From positions 3,461,987 to 3,525,986 of the forward strand of contig CBDHHA010000008.1 in assembly GCA_965263255.1 (NCBI GenBank): 64,000 nt of DNA. The letters are read 5' to 3'. Below are positions 8,740 through 21,043 of this stretch, in pieces. This DNA is from Bryobacterales bacterium. Lineage in GTDB: Bacteria; Acidobacteriota; Terriglobia; Bryobacterales; UBA6623. Under the pieces are notes generated by a model. The model was not told the DNA's origin and made no database searches. It worked only from the letters and a program-made list of their open reading frames with translations. Both the position numbers and the translations under genes were made by a program. Position 1 is the stretch's first letter; every line of letters starts with the position of its first letter.

Positions 8740-9486
8740 CTACAGCCGGTTGATCAGCGTGGCGACGTAGGCAGCGCCAAACCCGTTGTCGATATTGACG
8801 ACCGAGACGTTGCTCGCGCAGGAATTCAGCATTCCGAGCAGGGCTGATAGGCCGTTGAAGCTCGCCCCGTACCCGACGCTTGTTGGAACGGCGATCACCG
8901 GCACGGAGACCAAGCCTCCCAGAGCACTGGGCAGCGCCCCCTCCATGCCGGCGCAGCAGATCGCGACGCGCGCCTGCTGGATGCGCTCCATTCTCGAAAG
9001 GAGGCGATGGATGCCGGCGACCCCCACGTCGTAAATGGCGTCAACCTCGTTGCCCATCACCTCGGCCGTGACCCGCGCCTCTTCGGCGACCGGAATGTCA
9101 CTGGTGCCCGCGCACACCACCGCGATCCGACCCTTCCCCAGGGTCTTGGAATCCCGCTGCACGCGGATCGCGCCGGAACGACTGAAGTACTCGGCTGCCT
9201 CGTCGATGTCTCGAACCGCTTCGAACATCGCCTCGCTCGCCCGCGTGACGAGTAGGTTTGGCGACCGCTCGAGGAGCTTAGATGCGATCGCGCCCACCTC
9301 GTCCGCGGTTTTTCCCTGCCCCAGAATCACTTCGGGCATCCCGTGCCGCAACGCACGGTGGTGGTCCACCTTGGCGAATCCGAGATCCTCGAACGGCATG
9401 TGCCGCATTTCGCCGACGGCGTGATCGATGTCGCACCGCCCCTGCTGCACTTCTTCGAGGAGCGCGCGAAGCCGGGCCTCGTTCAT
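8740..9486 (-). CDS. larB: Nickel-pincer cofactor biosynthesis protein LarB (AIR-carboxylase-like NaAD carboxylase/hydrolase)
   Basis: There is near-motif-level agreement with LarB along the protein: '[28 protein letters not shown]', '[18 protein letters not shown]', '[12 protein letters not shown]', '[61 protein letters not shown]'. Confidence 0.85.
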   Translation of the reverse strand: MNEARLRALLEEVQQGRCDIDHAVGEMRHMPFEDLGFAKVDHHRALRHGMPEVILGQGKTADEVGAIASKLLERSPNLLVTRASEAMFEAVRDIDEAAEYFSRSGAIRVQRDSKTLGKGRIAVVCAGTSDIPVAEEARVTAEVMGNEVDAIYDVGVAGIHRLLSRMERIQQARVAICCAGMEGALPSALGGLVSVPVIAVPTSVGYGASFNGLSALLGMLNSCASNVSVVNIDNGFGAAYVATLINRL

Positions 9487-10481
9487 GGCCTGGCTTTCGT
9501 CGGGAAGTAGGTGCCGATTTCCACGACGGGATCGGGGCCCATGCCGGGTGGCGTGTCAATCACCTGCACAACCTCGCGCTCCGGGACGGAAACGATCCAG
9601 ATCTGATCCTCGTCCTGGACTCCCGCGAACGCGTACATCCCGTCCTTGGAGAGGGAGATGGAGAGAGGAGCGCCGCCCAGCGGTATCCGGGCCACCTCCT
9701 TGCCGCTCGCGATGTCGGCGATCCCGACCGCGTGGCCGGTCTGGAGCGAATACACCAGAAGTTCCTCGCCGGGCGTCGCCACGATTCTGTTCACACCGTC
9801 GCCGGTGTCAATCGAGCCAATCCTCTGCTTCGAAGCCGTGTCTATGATGTCGATCCGGCCCTCATCCCGGCAGGTCACCCAGAGCTGCTTGCCGTCACGC
9901 GAAAGCAGGCTTCCCTGCGGTCCCTTGCCGACCCCGATCAGCTGGAGCTCACCGGTTACCGTGTGCACGGCTCCCACGGTCGCGCTCGCAGTGTTGGACA
10001 CGTAGCCCCAGATGCCGTCCCGGTCGAAGGTGACCATGTGCGGGTCCGTGCCGCCGTTGTCGAAGTCCTTGATCACGGCGCGGGCATCCAGGTCGACGAG
10101 CACGATCCGGTCCGGGTTCTCGGACGTGACGAGCGCCCGGCTCGACCCCGGATCGAGCGAAATGCCGTGCGGCCGGTGGAACTTGCCCATCGGCAGCACG
10201 CCGACACGCGTTTGCGCGTGGACGTCGATGATCGAGACCGTGTTGCCGCCAGGCCCGTCATAGTCCATCCAAAGGACGCCGTTGTCGGACACGTAGGCGA
10301 ATCTGCCGTCCCTGGATAGAACGACTTCGTGAGGGGTCTCGCCGATCGGCACTCCTCCCACCCTGGTCCCGGAAGACGCGTAGAATCCGACCGAATTGTT
10401 CTTCTTCTCGACAACGAGCAGGTCCGCCCGCTCTGCGGCGCCGAGAATTCCCGCAAGCCCGACGAGCAGCGCTATCAGCAA
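9483..10481 (-). CDS. YncE/YVTN-like beta-propeller repeat protein (secreted)
   Basis: The track ORF 9483..10766 would overlap the divergent ssb gene. The TTG at 10481 gives a hydrophobic N-terminus, [17 protein letters not shown], but the start is uncertain. It has repeated 'P.g...s.DG...yVs....' blades ([78 protein letters not shown]). Its stop overlaps the larB start as ATGA. Confidence 0.7.
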   Translation of the reverse strand: MLIALLVGLAGILGAAERADLLVVEKKNNSVGFYASSGTRVGGVPIGETPHEVVLSRDGRFAYVSDNGVLWMDYDGPGGNTVSIIDVHAQTRVGVLPMGKFHRPHGISLDPGSSRALVTSENPDRIVLVDLDARAVIKDFDNGGTDPHMVTFDRDGIWGYVSNTASATVGAVHTVTGELQLIGVGKGPQGSLLSRDGKQLWVTCRDEGRIDIIDTASKQRIGSIDTGDGVNRIVATPGEELLVYSLQTGHAVGIADIASGKEVARIPLGGAPLSISLSKDGMYAFAGVQDEDQIWIVSVPEREVVQVIDTPPGMGPDPVVEIGTYFPTKARP

Positions 10482-10563
10482 GTTAGGCTTCCGAGCAACA
10501 TCCCCGCATCCCCCCTGGCTCCCGCCTTGAACCGGGCGGGCTATTGATTGTACCGTGGATGCT

Positions 10564-11093
10564 ATGGCTAGCAGTCTGAACAAGGTCATGCTGATCGGCA
10601 ACCTAGGCAAGGACGCCGAGACCCGGCACACGCCCAGCGGGACAGCCGTCACCAACTTCAGCTCTGGCCACGACATACCGCACGAAGGATCAGAATTCGG
10701 GCGAGTGGAACGAGAGGACGGACTGGCACGACGTGGTCCTGTGGAAGGGTGAGAGGGTTGCACCATACCTCAAGAAGGGGAAGAAGGTCTTTGTCGAAGG
10801 CCGGCTGCAGACCCGCTCCTGGGAGGACCAGCAGGGCCAGAAGCGCTACCGAACGGAAGTCATCTGCGATTCGTTCGGCTTGATGCTGCTGAGGAGGCCG
10901 CGAGGGCGGTTCCGATTACAGTGGCGGACAGGGAGGGTTCCGGTCGAGTGGCGGAGGCGGCGGTTCCGGACAGGATTCGGATTACTCGCCCCCGCCCGAG
11001 GGAGGAAGCGGGCAACCGTCCGCTTCGGGCCAGTCCGAGGGGACCAGCGGCGGCGCAGCAGGGTCGTACGACGACGACGATATTCCGTTCTAG
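10564..11093 (+). pseudogene. ssb: Single-stranded DNA-binding protein gene interrupted by two 1-nt frame disruptions
   Basis: Frame 1 reads MASSLNKVMLIGNLGKDAETRHTPSGTAVTNFS. Frame 2, from about 10664, reads LATTYRTKDQNSGEWNERTDWHDVVLWKGERVAPYLKKGKKVFVEGRLQTRSWEDQQGQKRYRTEVICDSFGLMLL. Frame 3, from about 10893, reads GGREGGSDYSGG...SYDDDDIPF*. Joined, these give a canonical OB-fold SSB with a Gly-rich linker and the acidic DDDIPF tip. Confidence 0.85.
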
Positions 11094-11112
11094 GACGAGC
11101 CGGGATCGCGGC

Positions 11113-13029
<1,917 letters not shown>

Positions 13030-13065
13030 TTCGTAGCGCCTTCTTCCGCAGAATCCCGCTATCCG

Positions 13066-14547
13066 TTAAGACGCAATCCGGGTCGATTTAGATACAAAGC
13101 CGGCATCGGAGCCGCCCGGTTCGTCCAAGGCAAGGATGCGCCGCGTGGCCGCGGTCGGCGACAGTCCGTGCGCCGGGCCGAACTGACGGACCCAGACGAT
13201 CTGCTCGCGCGAGGCCGGTGTGTCGGACGCAGTGACGACGGGCCATCCCGCCCGTCTCCACGCGCTGACACGGGCGCTGTGGAACAGTTCCTTGACCTTC
13301 CGCGGCGCCCCGTGCCCGGCCGGGCGGTAACGATCGCCTGCCCGCCAGCTCCGCACGCGAAGCAGTCTCGGGACGCAATCCCAGTCGAGAAGTGCAGATT
13401 CCGCTTCATTGTACAGCGCTTGCGCTTCCGGGTGGGTTAGTAGGCGTGCGCGAAGTTCCCCGCCGTCGCCGCCAGGCACAACAGCATGACCGGGCACGGG
13501 CAGCGGAAGATCGAATGCGCCCGGGGGCTCTCCACCTCGGCGCGCGAAGCGGATGATGTCGAACGAGCGCTCGACGCGCAAGCCAGGCAGGTCTAGCGAA
13601 CCGCTGCCGGCGGGTGCGGCAACGAGAGCGCGGACTGCTTCGATATGCCCGAAGCTCGCACTTCCGCCGTCTAGGTACTGGGTTCTCACGATCGCGTCGA
13701 TAAGTCGCCGTTGCTCCGCAGGCAGCAGCTCTCGCACGGACTCGACCTGCAGGAGGACGGCGCCTTGCTCTTCCCGGACGCAGCGATTCATCAGTTCGCT
13801 CACCCGGCCCCGCCAGAAGCGCTCCTCCTCAAGGGCCCAGTCGGCGGTGTTGGCGAGGACTGACTCGATGTTCGGGTTCCAGTCACGGGCTAGCGCCGGC
13901 AGCAGCGAGTGACGGATCCGGTTACGGGCGAAGCTGGGGTCGGCATTGCTCGAATCCTCCCGCCAGTCCAGCCCCGACGCTCGCAGGTAGGCTAGGATCT
14001 CGTCGCGCGAGACGTCGAGCATCGGGCGGACAATGCCCGGATCCCGGACGGAATGGATCGCGCTGAGGCCGTGGCCGCCACTGCCCCTCAGCAAGCGGAA
14101 GAGTACGGTCTCGGCTTGGTCGGAGCGCGTGTGAGCGGTCGCGACGACGTTGACGGCCCCGGCCTCGACCAGTTCGCCGAAGTACCGGTAGCGGCTCCGA
14201 CGGCCATGCTCTTCGATATTGCCCCCTGCCAGGCGGGCCGCCGTGGCGATGTCGTCGCGACGGACGAACACGGGGACCGCAAGACTTGCCGCGAGGCTGC
14301 GGACAAGCTCCTCGTCGAGATCGGCTTCGGGTCCGCGGAGCGAGTGGTTGAGGTGGATCGCTGCGAGCGGGCAATCCGGGTACAGCTGCTTCAAGGCATG
14401 CAGGAGGGCGACCGAGTCGGCCCCGCCCGACACGGCGACGCCGATCCGCTGACAGCCTTCGAACATGCCGTCGCGGTCAACCCGCCTGGCAATCTTCGCC
14501 AGCACAGCTTCAATGTAGGCGATAAGGGTGGCGGAATCTCCGCCCAT
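13066..14547 (-). CDS. tilS: tRNA(Ile)-lysidine synthase TilS
   Basis: PP-loop 'VAVSGGADSVALLH' and 'ATAHTRSDQAETVLFRLLRGSG'. It sits immediately upstream of ftsH, the classic tilS-ftsH arrangement. Confidence 0.9.
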   Translation of the reverse strand: MGGDSATLIAYIEAVLAKIARRVDRDGMFEGCQRIGVAVSGGADSVALLHALKQLYPDCPLAAIHLNHSLRGPEADLDEELVRSLAASLAVPVFVRRDDIATAARLAGGNIEEHGRRSRYRYFGELVEAGAVNVVATAHTRSDQAETVLFRLLRGSGGHGLSAIHSVRDPGIVRPMLDVSRDEILAYLRASGLDWREDSSNADPSFARNRIRHSLLPALARDWNPNIESVLANTADWALEEERFWRGRVSELMNRCVREEQGAVLLQVESVRELLPAEQRRLIDAIVRTQYLDGGSASFGHIEAVRALVAAPAGSGSLDLPGLRVERSFDIIRFARRGGEPPGAFDLPLPVPGHAVVPGGDGGELRARLLTHPEAQALYNEAESALLDWDCVPRLLRVRSWRAGDRYRPAGHGAPRKVKELFHSARVSAWRRAGWPVVTASDTPASREQIVWVRQFGPAHGLSPTAATRRILALDEPGGSDAGFVSKSTRIAS

Positions 14548-14652
14548 CCGGGCTGAGAACTGGGCACGAGCCGCTGAGGACCCGTTTCGGAGTCTCGGCG
14601 CCGCCAGAGGGTCTCCCGAGCGTGGCCTGGATTCGCCCTAGCGTTTACGCTG

Positions 14653-16482
14653 ATGGGTAAGATGCGGTTGCTAATTCCAATCACGCTAGCCTTGGCGGCA
14701 GCCGCCGCCGCGGAGCCGTTTGAGGGCTGCGGAACCACCGCGGTCTACAGCCCTTGCGAGATCCGCATCGAGATCCCGGCCGATGAGGTCGAGAGCGGTT
14801 CGAACCTGTTCGCGAGCGTCACACTGAGGGCGGAGTTCCGTTCCCCCAAGGGCGGCCGCACGAAGGTCATGCCGGCCTTCTGGGACGGCGGCAGGGAATT
14901 CAAGATCCGGTTCTCGCCGGACTTCGCGGGTCGCTGGGACTTCCGCCTGATCTCGAACATCCTGTCGCTCGATCGCGCAACCGGCAGCTTCCAGGCAGTC
15001 GAGGCGCGGACGCCGGGCTTCATCGAGGTGTTCAACACCCGCTACTTCAAGTACCCGCTCACGAACAGTCCCCACTTCTGGCTCGGAGACACCGTGCTGG
15101 GCCTTTCCTCGATGCCATGGGAGGATTTCCAGGCCTTCGCTGATCGCCGATCGGAGCAGGGGTTCACCCACTTGCGCGCCTCCGTAATGGGCGCTCCGGG
15201 CGAGCCCTCCGAAGCCTTCTCCGAGCCGGAGGAGCCGGACCTGGAGCACTTCCGCGAGCTTGACCGCAGGATCGCGCACCTGCACGAGCTCGGCTTCGTG
15301 ACGGATCTGGTGCTCGCCAATTCTGGCAGCGAGCTGGAAGGCCTGTTCCCGCGCCGCCGGCAGAGAGACCGTTACGTCCAGTACGTCTGCTCGCGGTATG
15401 CGGCGTACAGCGTCACCTGGCTGATGCTGCTGGAGTGGGAGAGCCACGACGACGGAGCCCGGATAGCCGCCGACCTCGCGGCGTCGGTCTCCAAGTACGA
15501 CCCTTATGCGCACCCGAAGTCGACCGGCGCCACGGTGACCTCAGCGCCGCTGGCACAGGACGAGTGGCAAGACTACATCACTCAGAATCGCGTCGAGCCG
15601 TCCCTCGCGTCGATCGAGTACGAAACCCAGCGGGCTCCGTTCGTCAATACGGGTGTCGGCGCCGGGGCGGACGCCGCGGGAGCCCGCCGACAAGCATGGA
15701 CCGCAGCGACCCGGGGGCACTCGGTGACCCTGGCCGGTTCCGGGGGCTCGCCGGAGTCTCCGGTCGCGGAAGCGATGACTCACTTGGAGGGATTCTTCGC
15801 GCAGTCCAGGTACTTCGACCTCCAGCCCCACTACCGCGTCGTGGGCGGATCGGGCCTGGCGCTGCAGAGGGTGCCGCCCCGGCAGGAGCGGGCGGTGGGA
15901 ATCGAGTACATCGTCTACGCGGAGGACCCGGGGCTGATCGAACTGGTGATGCAGAAGCAGGAATACTCGGTCAGCTGGTACAACCCTGCCAACGGAGCTT
16001 GGTTCGACCAGAAGAAGAAATTCAAGGGGGACCGCTACCGCTCTCGGACGCCCGACGACGAGCACGACTGGGTCCTGTACCTGCGGCGCGAGGGCAAGAA
16101 GCAGGACTACAACAAGTCGTTCATCCTGGAGTCGAAACTGCCGAAGTTCCGGGAAGTGGAGCACTCCCCGTCGGAGCTGCCGTTCGAGATTCAGCTGCCC
16201 GAGGAGGGCGCGATCCGGATCGGTAGCGCGCGCGAATTCAATGCGACGCTGACCAAGAACACGATCGCGGCCAGGCGGATGCAGTGGCTCTGGACGGGCG
16301 AGGTCTCCGGCTCGGGACGGGGCTCGAGAGTCTTGGGCACGACACAGTCGGGGCGGTTCACGGTGCCCGCCAGCTTAGCGGCTTCGCTTCCCGCCACCCT
16401 GTCAGTCCGAGTGACCGGCCTGGACGGAGCCGGCCGCCTCTTCGAAGCATTCCGCCTCTACCCGCTCGAACCCGCTGAGTAA
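14653..16482 (+). CDS. DUF5060/DUF4038-type putative glycoside hydrolase (GH140-like TIM barrel), secreted
   Basis: It has a signal peptide, MGKMRLLIPITLALAAAAAA. The N-terminal Ig-like segment has 'FRSPKGGRTKVMPAFWDGGREFKIRFSPDFAGRWDF'. This is followed by 'HFWLGDTV...' and 'GFTHLRASV', typical of DUF4038. Confidence 0.65.
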   Translation: MGKMRLLIPITLALAAAAAAEPFEGCGTTAVYSPCEIRIEIPADEVESGSNLFASVTLRAEFRSPKGGRTKVMPAFWDGGREFKIRFSPDFAGRWDFRLISNILSLDRATGSFQAVEARTPGFIEVFNTRYFKYPLTNSPHFWLGDTVLGLSSMPWEDFQAFADRRSEQGFTHLRASVMGAPGEPSEAFSEPEEPDLEHFRELDRRIAHLHELGFVTDLVLANSGSELEGLFPRRRQRDRYVQYVCSRYAAYSVTWLMLLEWESHDDGARIAADLAASVSKYDPYAHPKSTGATVTSAPLAQDEWQDYITQNRVEPSLASIEYETQRAPFVNTGVGAGADAAGARRQAWTAATRGHSVTLAGSGGSPESPVAEAMTHLEGFFAQSRYFDLQPHYRVVGGSGLALQRVPPRQERAVGIEYIVYAEDPGLIELVMQKQEYSVSWYNPANGAWFDQKKKFKGDRYRSRTPDDEHDWVLYLRREGKKQDYNKSFILESKLPKFREVEHSPSELPFEIQLPEEGAIRIGSAREFNATLTKNTIAARRMQWLWTGEVSGSGRGSRVLGTTQSGRFTVPASLAASLPATLSVRVTGLDGAGRLFEAFRLYPLEPAE

Positions 16483-16777
16483 GCTGGCCCACCCGGGCGG
16501 TCCCCGGCGCGGAACCCCCCGGAAAGTCTCGGTGATCGACCACCACCGAAGGTGGTTCGGGCACCGGCAAGCCCCGAAACGCGCCCATTGCGGAGAAAAC
16601 CCGGCCATTTCTCCCGCATTTGGCAGGAATTCACGTTGACCAAGAGAGGCGTCGCGCGTACGATCGGGGCGCGGTGCGATTGAGATGTCGTTCTCGATGC
16701 CACGCCACAGGGGGCGGTGCTCTGACGGGCACGGGCGCAGAAAGCGGCCGGTCGACTCCGCAGGAAGGGAATTCTCC

Positions 16778-19700
16778 ATGATCCAGAGACTATGTCTCTT
16801 GCTCTGCACGGCAACGTGCCTGCTCGTCCCGGTGGGAGCCTTCGGACAGACATCCGACGGGTCCATTTCCGGACTTGTCACGGACACGACGGGAGCCGTG
16901 ATTCCAGGCGTCTCGCTCCAAGTGACCGACATCGACCGGAACGTGACGTTCGAGACCTCGACGAACGAAGCGGGGTTCTACCTCGTGGCTCCGCTGCCGC
17001 CCGGCGATTACCGCATCATGGCGGAGAGCGAGGGTTTCCGGCGATACATCCTGGAGCCCTTCCCGATCGCCACCCAGCAGAAGGCCGGCCTCGACATCGA
17101 GCTCGAGCTCGGCCAGGTCACGGAATCGATCACGGTCGAAGGCACGGCGCAGCTGATCGAGGCCACCAACTCCACACTCAGCGGTGTCGTCGAGAACCGG
17201 CAGATCATGGACCTGCCCCTGAACGGGCGGAACGTGTACTCGCTCGCCGTGCTGACGCCAGGCGTCTTCACGCGCGACCCGGCTCGGGGCAAGTTCCGGG
17301 AGGGCTTCCACTCGATCGGAATCTTCCAGGTAAACGGCGGCCGGGACTCGAGCAACATGATCATGATGGACGGCGTTCCGGTGACGATGAACTCCAACAC
17401 CAACAACATGAACGCCAACAGCGCCCTCCCGACCATCGAGGGCATCGAGGAGTTCCGCATCCAGACCAACTCGTACTCGGCGGAATACGGCCGCAGCGGC
17501 GGCGGTGTCCTCACCATGACCACCAAGTCGGGGACCAACGAGCTGCACGGCACCGCATTCAACTTCCTCCGCAATAACAAGATGGACTCGAACAACTTCT
17601 TCGCCAACCGGGCGGGGAACGATCTGGGAACCTTCCAGCGCAACGAGTTCGGGTTCAGCATCGGCGGTCCGGTGATCAAGAACCGGATGTTCTTCTTCGA
17701 GGCGTACGAGGGCCGTCGCCAGCGCACGCAGGCCGTCCTGCAAAGGACGCTCCCCACCGCCCTGCAGAAGGCCGGCGACTTCTCGGAGACGCTGAACACC
17801 AGAGGCGAGCTGCGGACGATCTACGATCCGTTCTCCACCAGCCCGGATCCGGAGCGGTCGGGAGAGTTCTACCGCGACCCGTTCCCGGGCAACAGGATTC
17901 CGAGCGCGATGATGGATCCGGTCTCGCTCGCCGTCGCGAGCTACTACGGTCCGGAGCCCAACCAGCCTGGCCAGCCGTTCACCGGTCGGAACAACTTCCA
18001 GTTCGCGGGCGGGCGGCCAAACAACTCGAACCGCAACGTCTTCAAGGTGGACAACCAGCTGGGCCAGAACCAGCGAATCTTCGTTCGCCACACAGTGCTG
18101 GACGTCGTGAGCTCGGCGCCGGAGATCTGGGAAGGGCCCGGCTGTCCCGACGGCGGCTGCTTCACCAACAACGAGGCGCTCAACAACGCCGCGCTGTCCT
18201 ACAGCAACACGCTCACGCCTACCTCACTGCTCAGCCTGCGATACGGCTTCGCGCGCTCGATCCTAGACCGCGGCTCGTGGTTCCAAGGCTTCGCGCCGTC
18301 CGAGCTCGGTCTCCCGAAACACCTGGAGAACGGCGCGGACTTGCTGGTGTTCCCCGAGTTCAACATCTCGGAGATGACGGCCCCGGGGCTGCGGCACCAC
18401 TGGAACTTCCGGTCCGCCAACATGTCCCACACGCTCAACGCCACCTACTCGAAGGTCATCGGCAGCCATAGCCTCAAGGCCGGCGGCGAGTGGCGCGTCA
18501 ACCTGATCAATCACATGCAAGCGTCCTGGCAGATGTTCTACCGGTTCACGGCTGGAATGACGCAGGGCCCGGATCCGAGGCAGGTCTCGGCGAACGCCGG
18601 CTTCGGCTATGCTTCGTTCCTGCTGGGCACGGGCGCCAACGGCCGAATCAACAACCGGATTCGACCGGCCTTCTCCAGCAAGTCCTTCGGCGGCTATATC
18701 CAGGACGACTGGAAGGTCTCCCGCAAGCTCACTCTCAACATCGGGGTGCGCTGGGATGCCGAAACGGGGCTCACGGAGCGTTACGACCGCTTCTCGATCT
18801 TCGACCCGGACATGCGCAGCCCTCTGGCCGATGCTTCCGGCCTGGACCTGCGCGGTGGCTGGCTATTCGCCGGACAGGACCTTCCCAGCGGACGGAACCT
18901 CCGCAGCCCCGAGTGGAACAACTTCGCGCCGCGCCTTGGCCTCGCATACCAGGCCCTGGACGGCACGGTCATTCGTGTCGGGTACGGCATGTTCTTCGCG
19001 ATGGCTCCGTGGGGGGCCAACTACTACCCAACCTCGCCGTTTGCGACGACCACGCCCTGGCTGGCATCGCTGGACGGCGTGACTCCGAACCACACCCTTA
19101 GCGACCCAATCCCGGACGGCGTCATCCTGCCGCCTGGTGCGAGTGGCGGAGTCCTGGCGGGGAACGGATTGAACGCGAACGGGCCGATCCCCTCGGTCAT
19201 GCGCACGCCATACAACCAGCAGTGGAACGTCACAATCGCTCAGCAGCTCGGTCCAAGGACCGCATTCGAAGTAGCGTACGCAGGCAACAAGGGGACTCAC
19301 ATCCCGTTCCGCAACGGATGGCAAATGGACCAGCTGGACCCTGTCCACATCAATCCGGAATCTGGAATCCTAGACTTGGTGGACAACCCGCTGCACGGCT
19401 TGGTCCCGGCCGGCGTGATGTCGCGTCCAAGGGTCCAGCGCGGCCAGCTGATGACACCGTACCCGCAGTACCCGGGAGCGGTGGTCTCGGCGCCGGGATG
19501 GGGCAACACCACCTACCACTCCCTGCAGGCCAAGTTCACGAAGCGGTTCGAGGGAGGAGGGAACGCCGTCGTCGCCTACACGTTCTCGAAGCTGATCTCG
19601 GATGGCAGCGACAACGCCTGGACTTCGGCGCTGTGGCGGAACTACTACTGCCGTCGCTGCGACCGCTCGATCTCGCCGTACGACCAGCGACACCGTCTGA

Positions 19701-20242
19701 TCACGAGCTACACCTACGAGCTGCCTTTCGGCACCGGCAAGCGATTCGGCAGCGGCTGGAACGGCACGTTGAACGCCATTCTCGGCCAGTGGCAGGTCAA
19801 CGGGATCCTGACGCTCAACAGCGGGCTGCCACTGCGGTTTAGCGTGCCCGGCAACACCAGCCACTCGTTCGGGGGCCGGCAGTACCCGGATGTCGCGGGT
19901 GGCGACGCCAGGATCGATCACAACAACTTCGACCCGACGACCCAGACCTGGTTCGACACGGACCAGTTCTCGATTCCCGAGCAATTCACCTTCGGCACGC
20001 TGGGCCGGGTGCATCCCAACCTCCGGTCTGACTTCGTCGAGTCGCTGGACCTCTCGATCTTCAAGAACTTCAAGTTCCGGGATCGGGTGACGGCGCAGTT
20101 CCGCGCGGAATGGTTCAATGCCATGAACCATCCGATATTCAACAATCCCGCCACGCAGGTCGGGCGGGGCGGCTTCGGCAGGATCGCCTCGCAGGCGAAC
20201 CTGCCGCGCCAGACCCAGCTTGCGCTGAAGATCATCTTCTAG
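16778..20242 (+). CDS. TonB-dependent receptor with N-terminal carboxypeptidase-regulatory-like domain
   Basis: ATG at 16778 gives the signal peptide MIQRLCLLLCTATCLLVPVGAFGQ. CarboxypepD_reg is shown by 'ISGLVTDTTGAVIPGVSLQVTD...EAGFYLVAPLPPGDYRI'. The plug-like region has 'VEGTAQLIEATNSTLSGVV...DLPLNGRNV'. The long beta-barrel ends in a terminal aromatic (...QLALKIIF*). Confidence 0.9.
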   Translation: MIQRLCLLLCTATCLLVPVGAFGQTSDGSISGLVTDTTGAVIPGVSLQVTDIDRNVTFETSTNEAGFYLVAPLPPGDYRIMAESEGFRRYILEPFPIATQQKAGLDIELELGQVTESITVEGTAQLIEATNSTLSGVVENRQIMDLPLNGRNVYSLAVLTPGVFTRDPARGKFREGFHSIGIFQVNGGRDSSNMIMMDGVPVTMNSNTNNMNANSALPTIEGIEEFRIQTNSYSAEYGRSGGGVLTMTTKSGTNELHGTAFNFLRNNKMDSNNFFANRAGNDLGTFQRNEFGFSIGGPVIKNRMFFFEAYEGRRQRTQAVLQRTLPTALQKAGDFSETLNTRGELRTIYDPFSTSPDPERSGEFYRDPFPGNRIPSAMMDPVSLAVASYYGPEPNQPGQPFTGRNNFQFAGGRPNNSNRNVFKVDNQLGQNQRIFVRHTVLDVVSSAPEIWEGPGCPDGGCFTNNEALNNAALSYSNTLTPTSLLSLRYGFARSILDRGSWFQGFAPSELGLPKHLENGADLLVFPEFNISEMTAPGLRHHWNFRSANMSHTLNATYSKVIGSHSLKAGGEWRVNLINHMQASWQMFYRFTAGMTQGPDPRQVSANAGFGYASFLLGTGANGRINNRIRPAFSSKSFGGYIQDDWKVSRKLTLNIGVRWDAETGLTERYDRFSIFDPDMRSPLADASGLDLRGGWLFAGQDLPSGRNLRSPEWNNFAPRLGLAYQALDGTVIRVGYGMFFAMAPWGANYYPTSPFATTTPWLASLDGVTPNHTLSDPIPDGVILPPGASGGVLAGNGLNANGPIPSVMRTPYNQQWNVTIAQQLGPRTAFEVAYAGNKGTHIPFRNGWQMDQLDPVHINPESGILDLVDNPLHGLVPAGVMSRPRVQRGQLMTPYPQYPGAVVSAPGWGNTTYHSLQAKFTKRFEGGGNAVVAYTFSKLISDGSDNAWTSALWRNYYCRRCDRSISPYDQRHRLITSYTYELPFGTGKRFGSGWNGTLNAILGQWQVNGILTLNSGLPLRFSVPGNTSHSFGGRQYPDVAGGDARIDHNNFDPTTQTWFDTDQFSIPEQFTFGTLGRVHPNLRSDFVESLDLSIFKNFKFRDRVTAQFRAEWFNAMNHPIFNNPATQVGRGGFGRIASQANLPRQTQLALKIIF

Positions 20243-20254
20243 CGCTGGCCGGAC

Positions 20255-20291
20255 CCGGGGCCGGGCTCGCTTCGCGCGGGCTCGGCCCCGG
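20255..20291 (+). terminator. GC-rich hairpin immediately downstream of the TonB-dependent receptor gene
   Basis: CCGGGGCCGGGCTCGC (20255-20270) pairs with GCGGGCTCGGCCCCGG (20276-20291). The stem is about 16 bp including G-U pairs, with a 5-nt loop. It starts 13 nt after the stop codon and has no obvious U-tract. Confidence 0.45.
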
Positions 20292-21043
20292 CGAACCCAG
20301 AAGGTGTTAGCACGGTCCGTGCGGCGGAATCCGAACGGGCCTCGCAATCGAATAGCCCCCCCTTGCGATGAGCGGGCGGCCTTGGGCCCAATGCGATCGG
20401 CGAGGATTCGCCGGGTGGAACGCTCGCAGGGGCTGCGCGTCCGAGGACGTCGACGGTCGTCCACGAGTCGCGAGCATTCCCCGCCCGACCAACGGCTTGC
20501 GTCGCGCCGCCGGGCCGCGCTTCGGCTCGCTTGATGATTGGCTCCAACCCGGAACCTGCCGTCTGGATCTCTCACCGCCACCGAGACCTGCTTGGCGGCC
20601 AAGACCGATCGCTGTTCTCGGCGGCTGCTATCACGTCCCTACCGACGTCACGGCCTGCTGACGACTGGACCGCACAGATCCTCCGGGCGGGGCCGCGATG
20701 CTACGCTTGCCGAGGGTGGGCAGCCTGCCTGCCGCGCTTGGCAGACGAAGAAACCATCATCAAGCGGCGTGCCGCTGCCATGGCGGTCGAGGCAATCGCA
20801 CTGGGACTCACCGACCACGTGTCCCTCCCAGACTGCCCGCACAAGTCTGCACGCGCCTGTGGCCGCAACCCACCGGGATCGCGAAGGGAATGCCTACCGA
20901 TCCGACCGCAAGCGGACCAGTAGTGATCAACAGGGATCCCCGACACACGGGCCGCCCCTGCGTGCGCCGGATCGCTGGAGTTGGCCTGTCATAATTTCAG
21001 TCAATTGCCCCGTCCCGGACATCGAGTTCGGGGAACGAGGGGC

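Noticed and set aside
16790-18091. 433-aa minus-strand ORF, plus the other alternate-frame ORFs within 16.7-20.6 kb (for example 19370..20602)
   Set aside because: They overlap the TonB-dependent receptor, which has signal peptide, CarboxypepD_reg, plug-like and terminal-Phe features. The alternate frames have no motifs.
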